From assembly GCA_045837725.1 (NCBI GenBank), contig JBEWZL010000084.1, positions 1 to 64,000 on the forward strand: 64,000 nt of DNA, written 5' to 3'. Shown one piece after another: positions 1-12,635 of the stretch; position 1 is the stretch's first letter, and every line of letters starts with the position of its first letter. The DNA comes from Vermamoeba vermiformis (Eukaryota). A program made the position numbers and the translations under genes. The notes under the pieces were generated by a model that saw only the letters and a program-made list of their open reading frames with translations, did not search any database and was not told the DNA's origin.

Positions 1-101
1 GAAAAACGCGAAAGCGTTAATGATAAATGCGAAAACTGATACTAGCATCAATTCGGGAAAAAAATCCATTTTTTTTTTTTTTCCAACTGAACGAAGTACA
101 T
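1..101 (-). other. Oxford Nanopore adapter remnant (rapid/MuA end plus sequencing-adapter motif); technical artefact
   Basis: Reverse complement of 1-36 is GTTTTCGCATTTATCATTAACGCTTTCGCGTTTTTC, near-identical to the ONT rapid adapter GTTTTCGCATTTATCGTGAAACGCTTTCGCGTTTTTC. 85-101 AACTGAACGAAGTACAT is the reverse complement of the ONT adapter ATGTACTTCGTTCAGTT. Lies distal to the telomere. Confidence 0.9.
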
Positions 102-105
102 GGCA

Positions 106-321
106 CCCAACCCTAACCCTAACCCTAACCCTAACCCTAACCCTAACCCTAACCCTAACCCTAACCCTAACCCTAACCCTAACCCTAACCCTAACCCTAA
201 CCCTAACCCTAACCCTAACCCTAACCCTAACCCTAACCCTAACCCTAACCCTAACCCTAACCCTAACCCTAACCCTAACCCCTAACCCTAACCCTAACCC
301 TAACCCTAACCCTAACCCTAA
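106..321 (+). repeat. Telomeric repeat (CCCTAA)n, about 35 units
   Basis: Perfect CCCTAA array with one CCCCTAA variant near 279; C-rich strand at contig start. Confidence 0.98.
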
Positions 322-436
322 AAGGACTGAGACTCGTGGACCTTGCCATATTATGCAAATTATCATGCAAATTATCATGCTATATTGCATGCCAATTTGC
401 ACAACATTTTACAGGCGCCCCAATCTGTTCTTGCTG

Positions 437-846
437 GGGCGTAGTTTTGAGGACTACACCCTCGTTCCGTCTGGCAAGGGCGTAGTTTTGAGGACTACAC
501 CCTCGTTCTGTCTCACAAGGGCATAGTTTTGAGGACTACACCCTCGTTCTGTCTCACTAGGGCGTAGTTTTGAGGACTACACCCTCGTTCCATCTGGCAA
601 GGGCGTAGTTTTGAGGACTACACCCTCGTTCTGTCTCACAAGGGCGTAGTTTCGAGGACTACACCCTCATTCTGTCTCGCAAGGGCGTAGTTTTGAGGAC
701 TACACCCTCGTTCCGTCTGGCAAGGGCGTAGTTTCGAGGACTACACCCTCGTTCCATCTCGCAAGGGTGTAGTTTCGAGGACTACACCCTCGTTCTGTCT
801 CGCAAGGGCGTAGTTTTGAGGACTACGCCCCCAGTCTGATTTACAA
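437..846 (+). repeat. Subtelomeric 41-bp tandem repeat, about 10 copies
   Basis: Unit GGGCGTAGTTTTGAGGACTACACCCTCGTTCYRTCTSRCAA starts at 437, 478, 519, 560, 601, 642, 683, 724, 765 and 806; the last copy is degenerate. Confidence 0.95.
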
Positions 847-919
847 GGGTGTTTTTGGTCCTGTAGAACGCATAACCCTAAACTGCAGTAACCTAATATA
901 TACTATAAAGATTGACGAA

Positions 920-1796
920 GTGTGGAGTTATTGGTCAGTTTCTAAAGTTGATGCCAGATCCATACCTGAATTACCAGAGGTCAACCTATTTAAACTCTGG
1001 TTAAAGTGCAGGATTGTGGGAGTTCAATTTGAATTTGTGTCCAAGTGCATAGACTTCACCAAACAGGATACAGAGCAATCTCTAGAGGGGTTTAATGGGG
1101 ATTGTCTGCAAAAGTGCACTGATGTAAGTTACCTTCCTTGTTGCAATGTATTTGGCCTATTCATTATTAGATCACTTCTTGGGGAAGGAGCTGGCCATTG
1201 TGTTAAAGAAAGCCATGGTATTCCAGCTGTCTACAGGAGGCTTTTTTGGCATTTGTCATGCCAATTCTTTGATGCAGAGCCCTATCAAGGACGTGGTGAA
1301 TTTGGTTTTTAAATTGTTTGAATCCAATGAGTGTCTGCTGCTGTTGGAGGCTGACCAGTTCAGAAACTTTGCTTGAGTGTGAAAACTCAAACAAGACCCT
1401 TCATCTTTTTACTTGCTTCTTTATGCTGCCATTGAAGTGGATGATAAGTTGATTGAATGAAGTATTATGAGAACAGTTACATGCTGAAGAGGCAATTGAT
1501 GAACCTCTCCAGTGAAGTAACCAAAATGGAGTCCAAGATGCACTCTGTGTTCTTCACAAGGGGTTGGCCCTGGCCCCTGGACTCAGTGTTGTACTCTGAA
1601 ACTCTCCTGCTGGTGAATATTTGGTAGTCAAAAGCCCTAGATACTCCAGGCCCCCACACACTGGTGGTCAGCAATATGCCCCACCATTGTGTAATCTGTA
1701 AGACTAGTAGCACTTTCACTTTCAATAGGCTGCACTTGAACAGAGCAAGATTCCCTTCATTTGAGGCTTATGCAATAGCTAGACACTTCTGACCTG
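920..1796 (+). pseudogene. Decayed subtelomeric coding relic of unknown product
   Basis: Plus-strand frames are broken mostly by TGA stops (e.g. NFA*V*KLKQD, EPLQ*SNQ, SVVL*NSP); region is almost devoid of CpG. Confidence 0.45.
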
Positions 1797-1847
1797 AGCG
1801 AAAAAGCTTGTCTCAATTTAAATTAAGTCAATTTACTATTATACATA

Positions 1848-3645
1848 TTAGATGGTCATTTCCATTTGATTTGTCTCAGTGCCTGTTCCAGTACCAGTGC
1901 TTCCCTTTTGTGTAATGGAAGGGTTTGAAATATGACTGCTAGAACTCTTTGAAGCAGTGATTGAATCCTTATTCAGCAAATAAGTGATTAAATGGATTAA
2001 GCTAATTAAATATAAGGATATAAACACAAAGAACCATGTCAGGGTGTAATTAACAGGCTTGACAAAGTCATCAACAAGGAAAAATGCCAATGTGATGATG
2101 AACATTACTTGAGCAACTGTTGAGAATGCTAGCAAGGTAGTAGTCTTCATAAAGTAATTAGTAAGTGATAGCAGCTCAAAAAGTTCTGTTACCTTCTGCA
2201 ACGATTTACGCTTGGGATTCATGCGTCGAATCTTGCGAATGAATAGAGCAACGCGAATTGAAGTGACGATGAAGAACACGGAGAACACAAGAGCCACGAG
2301 CAAGTAAAGAATAATGTTGACATAGGCGACGTACTGGTCGGTACCTTGGCCTCGTAAAATACTGATGACAATCTCTACTGCGAACAAAACACCGATTGCA
2401 ACGTAGAACGGGATCTGCATCTTGTTGAGGAACATATTCGCTTGCATTGTAGACTTCTTCATTAATTCGTGTCTAATTAAACTGTTAATACCAGTCCCAA
2501 CCATTATTAATGACTTACTGATAAAGGGCAATTAAAAACACCGGCGCGAAAGTGAAAGGCGCGTGTGTCGTCAAAAATACGTCGTCAACCTCTCTGTACC
2601 ATGTGCGCCTGAACATGAAGGGATTGGCCAGTGCGTAGATCGTGCGCCAAGCAGCTCCGAATGTGATGAAAATGAGCGAGAGCAGCATCGTTGTTACGGA
2701 GACCTTGCGCGAAGAACGGAATATTAAAATGATGAGATAGAGCCCAATGATAACCGACGCGACGCCAAATGCAGAGAGAAGAACCTGCCAAGCGATCATC
2801 CAGCCAGATTCGCTCATTTGTTTCCATTCGTTCACATCTGCCAAATATAAGTTAGCCGCATGATCGCGAAAGAAAAATACTGTTACTGTACAATATTCGT
2901 AAGCAAATTGAGGTTGGTTGTGTTTTCAGCCACCGATCCTCGAGATTCTTAAACTTTTTTGTTTGAAAAACTAAGTATAGTTAGCGTACACATGCGGTCA
3001 CATCCGTACTTCCGGAGACAAAAAAATTTTGACGAAATGGACAGCCGGACGAAATATTGTACAGTAACAGTAATAAACAACGGCAAGCTATTAATTACCA
3101 TAGGAATCGAGAATAACCGTTGCACTGCTTTCAACATCCAAAAACGCGCCGTTAATCGCTTCCCATTCTTTTTTCGGCAACGAATTGTAGGGCAGCTCCC
3201 ATTCATTAGATTCGGGTGTATAATCGTAAAACATCTCGGCACCGGTCACGAGGTCTTTGAATAAGTTAGAGATCGCATCCGATTAAGCAAATAATTAATT
3301 AATTGATTATTTAATATACTTACTAAAGAAATTGTGTGATTGCGATAGCAATCCTAATGCTCCTTTCCGTTGGATTGGTAGGGCTACATCGACCCACTTA
3401 AAACCACGCACTCTAGGTATTAAAACAATTTTGCTCGTGAGATCGTCCAGCGTATCTGCTTTCGCGAGTGGAATCAACTCGCCGGTTATGTTCCATTGCG
3501 TAGGACTGTTGAAAAAATATATAGGAGTTGCTGCATAATCCCCAACAATCGTCAGATTTGTCGCGGAAATGATCCGCAAGCCGGCTTCCGCATGAATAAC
3601 GAAGCAAGCAAGCGTTAAAACGGCAAAGAAAAAATAATCTTTCAT
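1848..3645 (-). CDS. Signal peptide + PA-like ectodomain + multi-pass (7TM-like) membrane protein, about 5 exons
   Basis: MKDYFFFAVLTLACFVIHAEA signal; DLTSKIVLIPR...IQRKGALGLL PA-like motif; several hydrophobic helices; Ser/Thr-rich tail; GT-AG introns join in frame. Confidence 0.75.
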
Positions 3646-3940
3646 TCGCCTGGTGTTCTACAGTTTCGTAAGTCGAAATGAATGATTAATATAACTCGTT
3701 GGGAACTACGCTTCTTCTCTTCAGGAGATATTTCCATTTTTGGAAACTATTCGAAATACGAGTAATGAGTTGCCGATAGTATCACTTCTAGTACTAACTT
3801 TGCCTCCACGAAGATAATTTTCCTTTTGTGAAACGTTGGTTAGCTGAAAATGATTGGCCTGCTAAAAATAACTTGAAAAAACAGCTAATCTCGCCATTCG
3901 CTTCTTCGATAATTTTAAACGTCAACACATAGTGCTATCC

Positions 3941-6900
3941 ATGAGTGACTTACAGGCAAATATTTACGCAACGGTCTCAATAGATCGTAAGTCTTCGGCG
4001 TTAATCTGTCACAAAATGATATCTAATTCACCTTTGCGTAGGCGTTAAAGTTACACTCGATAAATTGCACAAATTTTACTATGTATTGGAATATAAAGAC
4101 CAAAAATTCAGCTCGAGCGAAAATCCGGTGAAGACGCAAGAAATTCAATGGACCGACCTTCGATTTACCTTGTAAGTAGCACAAAAATATTTATTTATTT
4201 ATTTGAGCAATTTTAGTATTTATTTACATACTTCAATTTCAATCCACAATTTAAATTTTCTTTGTGCAGTAAACTGGACGAAAACGAAGCTAAAACCGCT
4301 TCCTTTAAATTTCAATTATGGGGCCCAGCGACAAAGTTAAAGAGAAGTGATTTTGTTATTGCTGAAGCTAACGTCTCGTTCAAAGAGTAAGTGTAACTTA
4401 ATTCAATCGATACTGTATCATTATTTTACTCGTGCATATAATCTAACATGCATTCCTATTCAGTTTCTTGGCGAAACACGCGCCAAATTTCGAGCCAGTT
4501 GAACGCGAACCTCAATACAACTTCGAAAGCGTCTTTATTCGGAAAGGAAAAGAGCATGGCTCGTTGTTATTCTCGGCAGAGGTTACAGGTAAATTTATTG
4601 ATTTTTTACTTTTATTTAGTAATCTGACCATTTTATAAGGTTGGAAAGTTATCGACGACATGCTGAAGAGCGAAGAAGCTCAACAGCGCGAGCTCGCGTT
4701 TCAAAATCTAAAGCTATTGAGCGCTACTAAAAGTAAATATATGCCGAATTAAATTAGGAATGATTTAATGGCTAACGTTTCCTCGCTCGACAGATCCGAA
4801 ACTAAACCAATACGTCAGAGCTGAAACATTTCAAACCATCAACGACGCGATCAAAAGGAGCATCAAATCTGCCAAGAAAGCTAAATCCCCTCGCAAGGAC
4901 ACGGAGAAACTGATCGAAGATGAAAAACCCGTGGTCGTCAACAAAGAGGAGAAAAAAGACGAGGCGCGCAACGGCTTTCTCAATCTTTGGGACATGCTCT
5001 GCAAGATAGGTATGCAGAGTAAGATCACTAGGGAGAACTAACTAACACGCTCATAGACGTGAACATGCGAACCAAATTGATATCACTCGGAGCCTTGCAA
5101 GCAATTAAAAAGTTCATCAAATGCGGCGACATCGAAATTCAGTTGCACTTCTTGGAAATGCTGAAACAGTTCTTCACATTGGCTGCCCACCAAAAAGAGA
5201 TTATCAAAGAAGGGCTACTGAAGAAACTGATCTCTTTAGTCTCCGCCGACGAGTTGCGAATTCAAATGAAGGCATTCGAAATTCTGCTTTACTTTGACGG
5301 TATGTTCGCTGACCCGTTACATATAACCGTATTAATGACAACCATTTAGAGGTGCATCAACCAGAAATGATTCGTTTGGGACTCGTTGGCAAGCTTATTT
5401 CGTTGCTGAAGCATTCAAATCCCTCAGTGCAAGCCAAGTCACTCGAAATCATCCAGTACTTTGATGCCAAGCACCAAGACCTGTTAATAAGCACCGGCGC
5501 CTTGAAAGAACTTACGGACTTGATTAAACTCGATCCGAAAGACGCGTTCACTCATGGCTTGATTCTCAAAACGCTTTCTGTGATCTCCCACTTTGATGGT
5601 ACGTCAAATTCGCATACGAATGTATTTTAACGCCCTTAATTAGTTCCTCATCAACGCGAGATCCTCGAGCAACAAATGCACTTACCAATCCTCGAACTTT
5701 TGAAGCTAGAAAGTGAAAAGATTAAGTTGAAGACGCTATCGGTGATTGAAGGATTCGATGGTAAGTCAACAGTGCGGGAAGATAAATGTGCATAGTAACG
5801 ATACATAAAGAGCTAACCCGTGGCATTGCAGGTTCATACGAGCAAAAATTTATGGATGCTGGACTTCTCCAGTTCATCAATATACTTCTCGACGATGAGC
5901 GCATTACTATCAAAACCAAGGCCTTTGAGACTGTGACCAAACTCAAACGTAAGACTGCTCCCCTTGTGATCATAATCTAACAAAGTCCTGCAGACCACAC
6001 GAAAGAGATTATTGAAGTCGGTATCCTCGATCGTTTGTTGAATTTGATGAACGACTCCAATGCGGTGCTGCAAATGAATTCGTTTGAATTTATCAAGAAA
6101 TTCCCAGCTACGCAACAACAACTCATCGATGCAGGCGTATTCAAGAATTTGAACGCTGTGCTCAAGTCCTCAATGGCACAATCCGCGAATATTATCACTG
6201 CGGCCCTTGAATTTTTAATCACATTCGAAGGTAGCGTACTGCAGGTGTTTTACCCGTTCAGCTACTCACCACTTCTCCTTAGCTACCTATTACAAGCAAA
6301 TTATCGACGCCGGACTACTTGCCTCCATACTTGGTATTATGTCACAAAGGCTCGCGTGGACAACTGCACCGTACAACAAGATTCTTAGCTTGTGCGTTAA
6401 AATCATTCAACTATTGTTGGGTAAGTAGCGCCGGCTAATTCTTGATGTGGCCGATTTTAACATCAGTTTATTACAGTCGACTACGAAGCCGAAATCGTTG
6501 GCAAGAACGCATTTACTGTCTTCGTTGACATGATCAGATTAAACGGAGCTAAAGTGGACGAAAGTGTCGTTTTGGACCTAATGACATCGTTCAAAAGTAC
6601 GTTGATGACACCTCCACTCTATATGTCCTAACCTAATTAGAATGGCGCGACCATCTTAAACCGGTGCTCAACACGTTCCTGCAATTCGTCAATGACGCGC
6701 GAGACAAGCTTCGCAAGCAGATTATGAACATCATTGAGAAGTATCCGCCCGAGGAGCACGGCGACTTGATGAAGGCGGGTCTATTTGAAATCTTATTGAA
6801 CTCGTTCCTTGTCGCCAATCAAAACCAAGGAGTGGCAACATCGTTCTTCAACTTGATTACTTCTTTGAAGGGTTACCAAGAGGAGCTTTACAACACGCAG

Positions 6901-9900
6901 GCTCGTTATCAAAAACTTATCAACATTGCCAAGTTGAACGAATTCAAACGCGGCCACATTCTTGATCTGTTCTCGAGCCTTGAGGGTAAGATATAATTAT
7001 TGGGAGTTTTGCAGCATCTACTAACATACAATCGATAGATTCAATTAAACCAAAGGTGTTGAAGTACAATCTTCTTGGAAACCTACTCGAATTCGCCGCT
7101 GTGGCGCCCAGCTCTTCGAAGTACTCTGGTGCTAAGCTACTCGAGATGATCAAGTCATTCGACGGCTGGAAAGAAGCCTTGCTCGAATTGAAGGCCTTGA
7201 AGAATTTGACAGACTTCCTAAACAACCCTTCAAAAGCGTTACAAATCAAAGCTATGGATTTGCTCGAGGAATTCAGCACCGAGAACCAAGTGGCGATGAT
7301 GCAAGAGGGTCTTATTCAAGCCCTGTTACAAACTGTGGTCATCAACGAAGATGAAGGCGTGCAAAGCCGAGCCCTTGATTACTTGTCCAACATCAGCGCT
7401 CATCCAACCTTCATGGAGATCATGTGCACAAGCAAAGACGGCTCGGTGGTCGATGGCTTCAGTAAGCTTCACAGCATTATTTATATTGTTGTCCCAATTA
7501 ATAACTTTTTGCGTGAAGCTGTCCGTATGGACAAGAGCACTGCTCATCCGTCGATAGTTGTCGAGGAGGGCGGAACTAAACTCTCCGTCGATGGCACGAA
7601 CAACGGCTATGCTAGTACGTAAAAACAATCTTCCAACATTGATTTTCTAACCTCATAAAGACTGGCGTACGTGCTACGGTATGGAGCCGATGACAAAAGG
7701 CGTTAAATGCTGGGAAATGGTGATCGAATCGCAGAATATGAACAACTTCATGGTCGGTGTTTGCAACAAAAATCAACGCAACACTGAATACTTGGGACAA
7801 AATGTGTACGTAATGCACCTTGACACTTGGTGATTTGTCTGACCTTTCAATAGCAATGGTTGGTCTTTGTACTATTCGTCAGGCACGACCTATTTCTATC
7901 ACGGCGGTAACTCCCAACTGCACAAGACTGCTCGTCTGAATAAAGGCGATATCATCGGTCTTATTTACGACACGGAGAACGGTCACCTTGAGATGTACGT
8001 GAAGGACGAATACGTTGGTATCGTGTACGGCAATCTCAGCGGAGGTAAGAGAATTGGGCATTTACAAATACACTGTACTCATATGTTCGCAGATATCTAT
8101 CCCGCTGTCTCGCTATACAACACAACGGACGTGGTGACCTTCAGAGCGGCTCCGCACTTGGCAATCAAACGTGAAACTGTCACAGCTGAAGCCATGGCAG
8201 CCATGAACCCCATTGAAGCTGAAGTGATAAACCAATGGGTCGGTACTCCTGCCGAATGGTACTTGGCCTACAGAGCTTCAGTCCACGGCTGGAACACACG
8301 AAACTTCCACGCTCGCTGTGACTTCAAGGGACCAATGGTGAGCATCGTACGTACGCCCGAAGCTGTTTTTGGCGGTTACTCTTCCATACCCTGGGCTTCT
8401 AGTGGCGGCTACAAGTAAGTCCAATAATTTGTCGCCCTTGAAACTGTACTTACGTTTATTTGTAGGCGAGACAACGGTGCTTTCTTATTTAGCTTGCAAA
8501 ACCCTCACGGTCTTCCACCTTCCAAACACGACTTGTATCGCAATCAACAGAACTCAGTCTATCACGATGTGAGTACTTTAAGTAATGACGTCGCCGAGCT
8601 AATAGTTTGTAGACATCGAGCGGTCCTACATTTGGCGGTGGTTTCGATTTGTACATCAACTTGTCAAATAAGGAAGCCAGCTACTCCAACTTGGGATTTT
8701 CTTACCAAAATGCCAATCCAAATCCTGCCGGTGTCAACGCTGCATATTATTTCACCGGCCGCAACAGTCAATGGAACATTACCGACGTTGAAGTCTATTT
8801 GCAACAAAAGCCAAAGAAAGTGCAACGCAAAATTCTTCTTTATCAATTTGTCCGCACTATCGAGGTACGCGAAGCAATTATCTTATATTCCTCAATCGAT
8901 ACCGACATTCTTTCATCAGATCGTTAAACCACACATTGCCAAGAAGTTCAAAGAGATTCTGTTCTCCATTGCAAGCAAGAAAGCAGTCTACAAAAAGTAT
9001 TTGCTCGCGGTGGTTCAAAAGATTTTGAGCGAATCTGGAATCCTCAAGCCATTGCAAACAACTCTGGAAGAATTGAAGGCCGGCTTCGGTGCTTCGGGCA
9101 TCGAGTTGATACCTTACAAAGTGATATCGGTTAATGGCAAGAGAGGAGACCCGCAGAAGGATTTGTCGAAGCAAGATGGCAAGTACTTAGAGAGCGAAAA
9201 CGCGCAGTTTGAAGTCGTGTTGGAAATCTTGCCAAAGAAATCCAATAAGCCTGAGGAGAGCAGCGATGACACGAACAATAATAACAATACGAACACGAAC
9301 ACCAATGTGATGCCCGCTGAAGAAGAGCTGCCTTACCTGACGCACTTTGTCATTTCAGCACCACTCAAACAGTTGTCCGACAAGCATTCTGCAGCAAAAG
9401 ATATTTTGTGCTTCCTTTCTAACGGTAAGATAATGTCTTGCAAACTGTTAGTGCTAACCTTTCATTACAGAGGAGCCGGATCCAGCTCAGTTAGCCAAAT
9501 TCAACGACCTCAAATTTGACGACCCCTCATTTGAGTATAAAGAACTGCTTGGATTAAAAGCCGAAAAACTCAACGACAAAGTTGGAACAAATGATACTCT
9601 GCTCGATTTTGATGACAAACAAGAAGATATCAAGAACAATAACACCGTTGTCGATGACAAAGACGACGAAGAGTTAAAAGCCCTCAAAAAGTTCTTGCGC
9701 GACATCAAACTCGGAGGTAAAGCGCAGCAAATTTTGGAATTAAACGTTTTCTAACTCTCTTTAGTGTTTAAAAAACCTCCTCCTGAGCCTGAACAAACCA
9801 ATCAATATGGTTATGTGTTTGTCAACGAGGCCAATGAGCGAGTTAGATTCAAAGACGAGGCAATGGTGGATTTGTCACAGTTTGCCAACGGTGTCATCAC

Positions 9901-11247
9901 TTACCGAGTCGAGTACTTGGCCAACGGTAACTTCGAATGGCTCGCTGATAACGTCGCTGTGGAAGACGTTCTGCTCGTACCACCCCGTCCCAAGAAAGAA
10001 GAAAAGGACGAGGCCAAAGAGCGCGAGGAGAAAGAGCGCATCGAAAAGCTTGAGCGCGAACTCGAAGAAAAAGAACGCGAAGAAAAAGAGCGCAAAGAGC
10101 GTGAGCAGAAAGAAAAAGGTGAAGAAGTCAAAAGAACACCTGAAGAACGTGAAAAAGAACGCACCGAAGCTATTCTCGCAGACTTACGAAGTGAAGAACG
10201 TGAAGACGTTGAGTCTCAACTGCTGCACAAGGTTGAGGAACCGTACAAACCAGTCGCGGTGATTGACCTCGACAGCTTGTCCGAGAAGCCTCTCAAACAA
10301 GCCACCATGGCTCGCTATGTCACCATCAGTACGTGCTACTTTCTATCTGAGAAACCACTTGACTAACTTTGTTTGTGTGCAGAGGTGCTTCGACCAAGTA
10401 AGCCAAACACGTGTGCTTCCCTGAGGTACGTGGCGACACTATTACGCATGTGACTTTCCGAACTTTTTCCTAATCTTCTACACAGCCACATCTCTTTGGT
10501 CGGCTTCTTCAAGTCAGTAAACAAACAGCCACTGCCACCACCCACGACCATGGTAGATGTTAGCAAACGATTTGGATTCGTAAGAGAAGGCATTAAAATG
10601 TTCAACTTTGCTTCGTAAGTGCTTTTGAGTACAAATGGCAATCTTTACTAACGGACGATACTCCGCAGCAATGGTGACACGAACGGTGTAATCTATTGGA
10701 TCGGCACGCAAGAAGGCAAATCATCGACGTGGAGCAATCCTGCTGAAAGCAAGCGCCTCACCGTCACGACGTAAGTGCACTATTTATTTTCGTCGTTGCT
10801 CAACTAGCTCACACCCGACACAGCTCGCATCCAATGTTCAACACGTGGATGAAGCCAGAACTGATCCTCGATCGAGGCACGATTGTCAACTACTGGGGCT
10901 CAGATCTGCCACTCTTCTTTACAGTCGACATGCAAAACTACGAAGTCTACCTCACGCACTTCACCATTCGTCACTCGCATAATCAGGCGTACGGCTACAT
11001 CCAGAACTTCGCCTTGTCTGGTTCGAAGGATGGTGAGACCTGGGTGCAGCTCTTCAATCAAGCCAACTCGCCCTTCGACAAGCCGCACGACTGGGCCACA
11101 TTCACCGTGCCTGAAGGCCAAGACTTCTATCGCTACTTCCGACTCACACAGCGCACGTCTTACAAAGACTCACCCAACTTCACTGGCGGCCCGTTCATGT
11201 TCGTTACTGGATTTGAAGTCTACGGCACTGTGAGATATTTTAATTAA
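3941..11247 (+). CDS. Very large multi-exon protein: ARM/HEAT repeats + SPRY + TLDc + charged coiled coil + C-terminal F5/8 (discoidin-like) domain
   Basis: ARM-like exons 5057-7440; SPRY (GDIIGLIYD, IYPAVSL); TLDc (LAYRASVHGW...FHARCD.KGP...VFGGYS); E/K-rich segment 9990-10200; GDTNGVIYWIGT...WSNP...YRYFRLTQ...GFEVYG terminal domain. Confidence 0.8.
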
Positions 11248-11414
11248 GACACCACTGATGTACATTAGAAATAAAAATAATTCTATTTTTGGTAGTGACC
11301 GTTTCCTCGTCCACCCGAACTTTTTGCCCGAACACGCAGAACCCGTCATCTTTGATTTGCACGACGTTTTATAATCTAATTCAATCAGCGCTGCAACACA
11401 TACAGTTTGTATAA

Positions 11415-12487
11415 ATGTCCAAAGTAGATGTAAAAGTCGTGCTGCTCGGTATGGCAGATGTCGGCAAGACGTGCCTCGTTGAGCGATTTTTAAATGGAAC
11501 TTGGAATCAAAATACTACTGCTGTATGTACATTAATATTTTGATATCATATTGCACGAAGGAATGCTTCAAATAATTTTCCAAATTTTCGCAAATCCGTT
11601 ATTAACTTAACTGACATAATTACAGACTGTGGGTGCAGCATTTGGTGCCAAAAAAATAATGATTCCATCCTCAACAATGCCCATCACTTTGGGTATTTGG
11701 GTATGAAAATTAAAAGTGAATCCAACACGACAAAATTTTAATTCTTTGTTTTAATTAGGATACTGCTGGCGCAGGTAATATTTCAAAAATCACTCGTGCT
11801 GTATTATGGGGAAACGGAAATTAATAATATTAATACTTTTAGAGCGCTATGAAAGTATGAGCAGAATTTATTACAGATCTGCACGCGCCGCTTGCGTTTG
11901 CTTTGGTAAATAATGATTACAACATCTATGGCAGTAAGAATCATAACTAATGCAGGATTTTATTTGTCAGATCTGTCAAGCAAAGACAGCTTTAAGAAAG
12001 TCAAATTTTGGGTCGATGAATTATTGCAAAACGAAGAACAATGCGCGATATATTTGGTCGGCACAAAGGGCAAGTATTTGCACGAATTATAGTAATTTAA
12101 ATAAGACGATTAACCGTGATATTTTTGTTTAGTCGATCTGGTCACTGACGACGGTGAGCCTCGCGGTGTAGAAGCGAGCGAAGTCGAAGCTTATGCTAAG
12201 AGCATCAACGCTATCGGTGTGTTTGAGACTAGCGCTAAGAAGGGTACTATGGTATGCATACAAGGCCAAAACATGTGTTCGATCTGGCCTGCGCTCGCGA
12301 TCCAGTTTTTCGAAAGCATATTTTTCTAATTAATTCCATTTAGATTAATGAACTGTTCCAAACTATTGCCACGCACTGGTACGAGAATGAACGCAAAAAT
12401 ACTCCTGTAGTCAAAGTCCCAACAGCCAATTTGAACAATAATAATGGCAACAGAACGAACGGCCCTGACGACAAGTGCCCATGTTAA
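11415..12487 (+). CDS. RAB24: Rab24-like small GTPase, multi-exon
   Basis: [53 protein letters not shown], ETSAK motifs; C-terminal CPC prenylation motif. Confidence 0.88.
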
Positions 12488-12635
12488 TAGTAGTCATGTA
12501 GTGTATATATAACATTAAACTGATATTATCAGAACAAATTTCGTTGGCTACGCAGTTTTGGAACGACCAAAGTGAACTCAATTTTTTACCCCGCGTCGAA
12601 AACTTTATTCTTAATTACAATTAAATACAACCACC

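Noticed and set aside
1-36. Phage Mu end or prophage
   Set aside because: Better explained by the MuA-based ONT adapter; no phage genes nearby.
20-526. ORFs with LTLT/PNPN repeats
   Set aside because: Translation of adapter and telomere repeats.
437-846. CRISPR-like array (palindromic repeat plus variable part)
   Set aside because: Variable parts are near-identical and only about 16 nt; no cas genes; eukaryotic subtelomere.
1370-1600. TGA reassignment or selenocysteine readthrough
   Set aside because: TGA terminates other genes here (e.g. 37368, 30873); CpG decay explains the stops.
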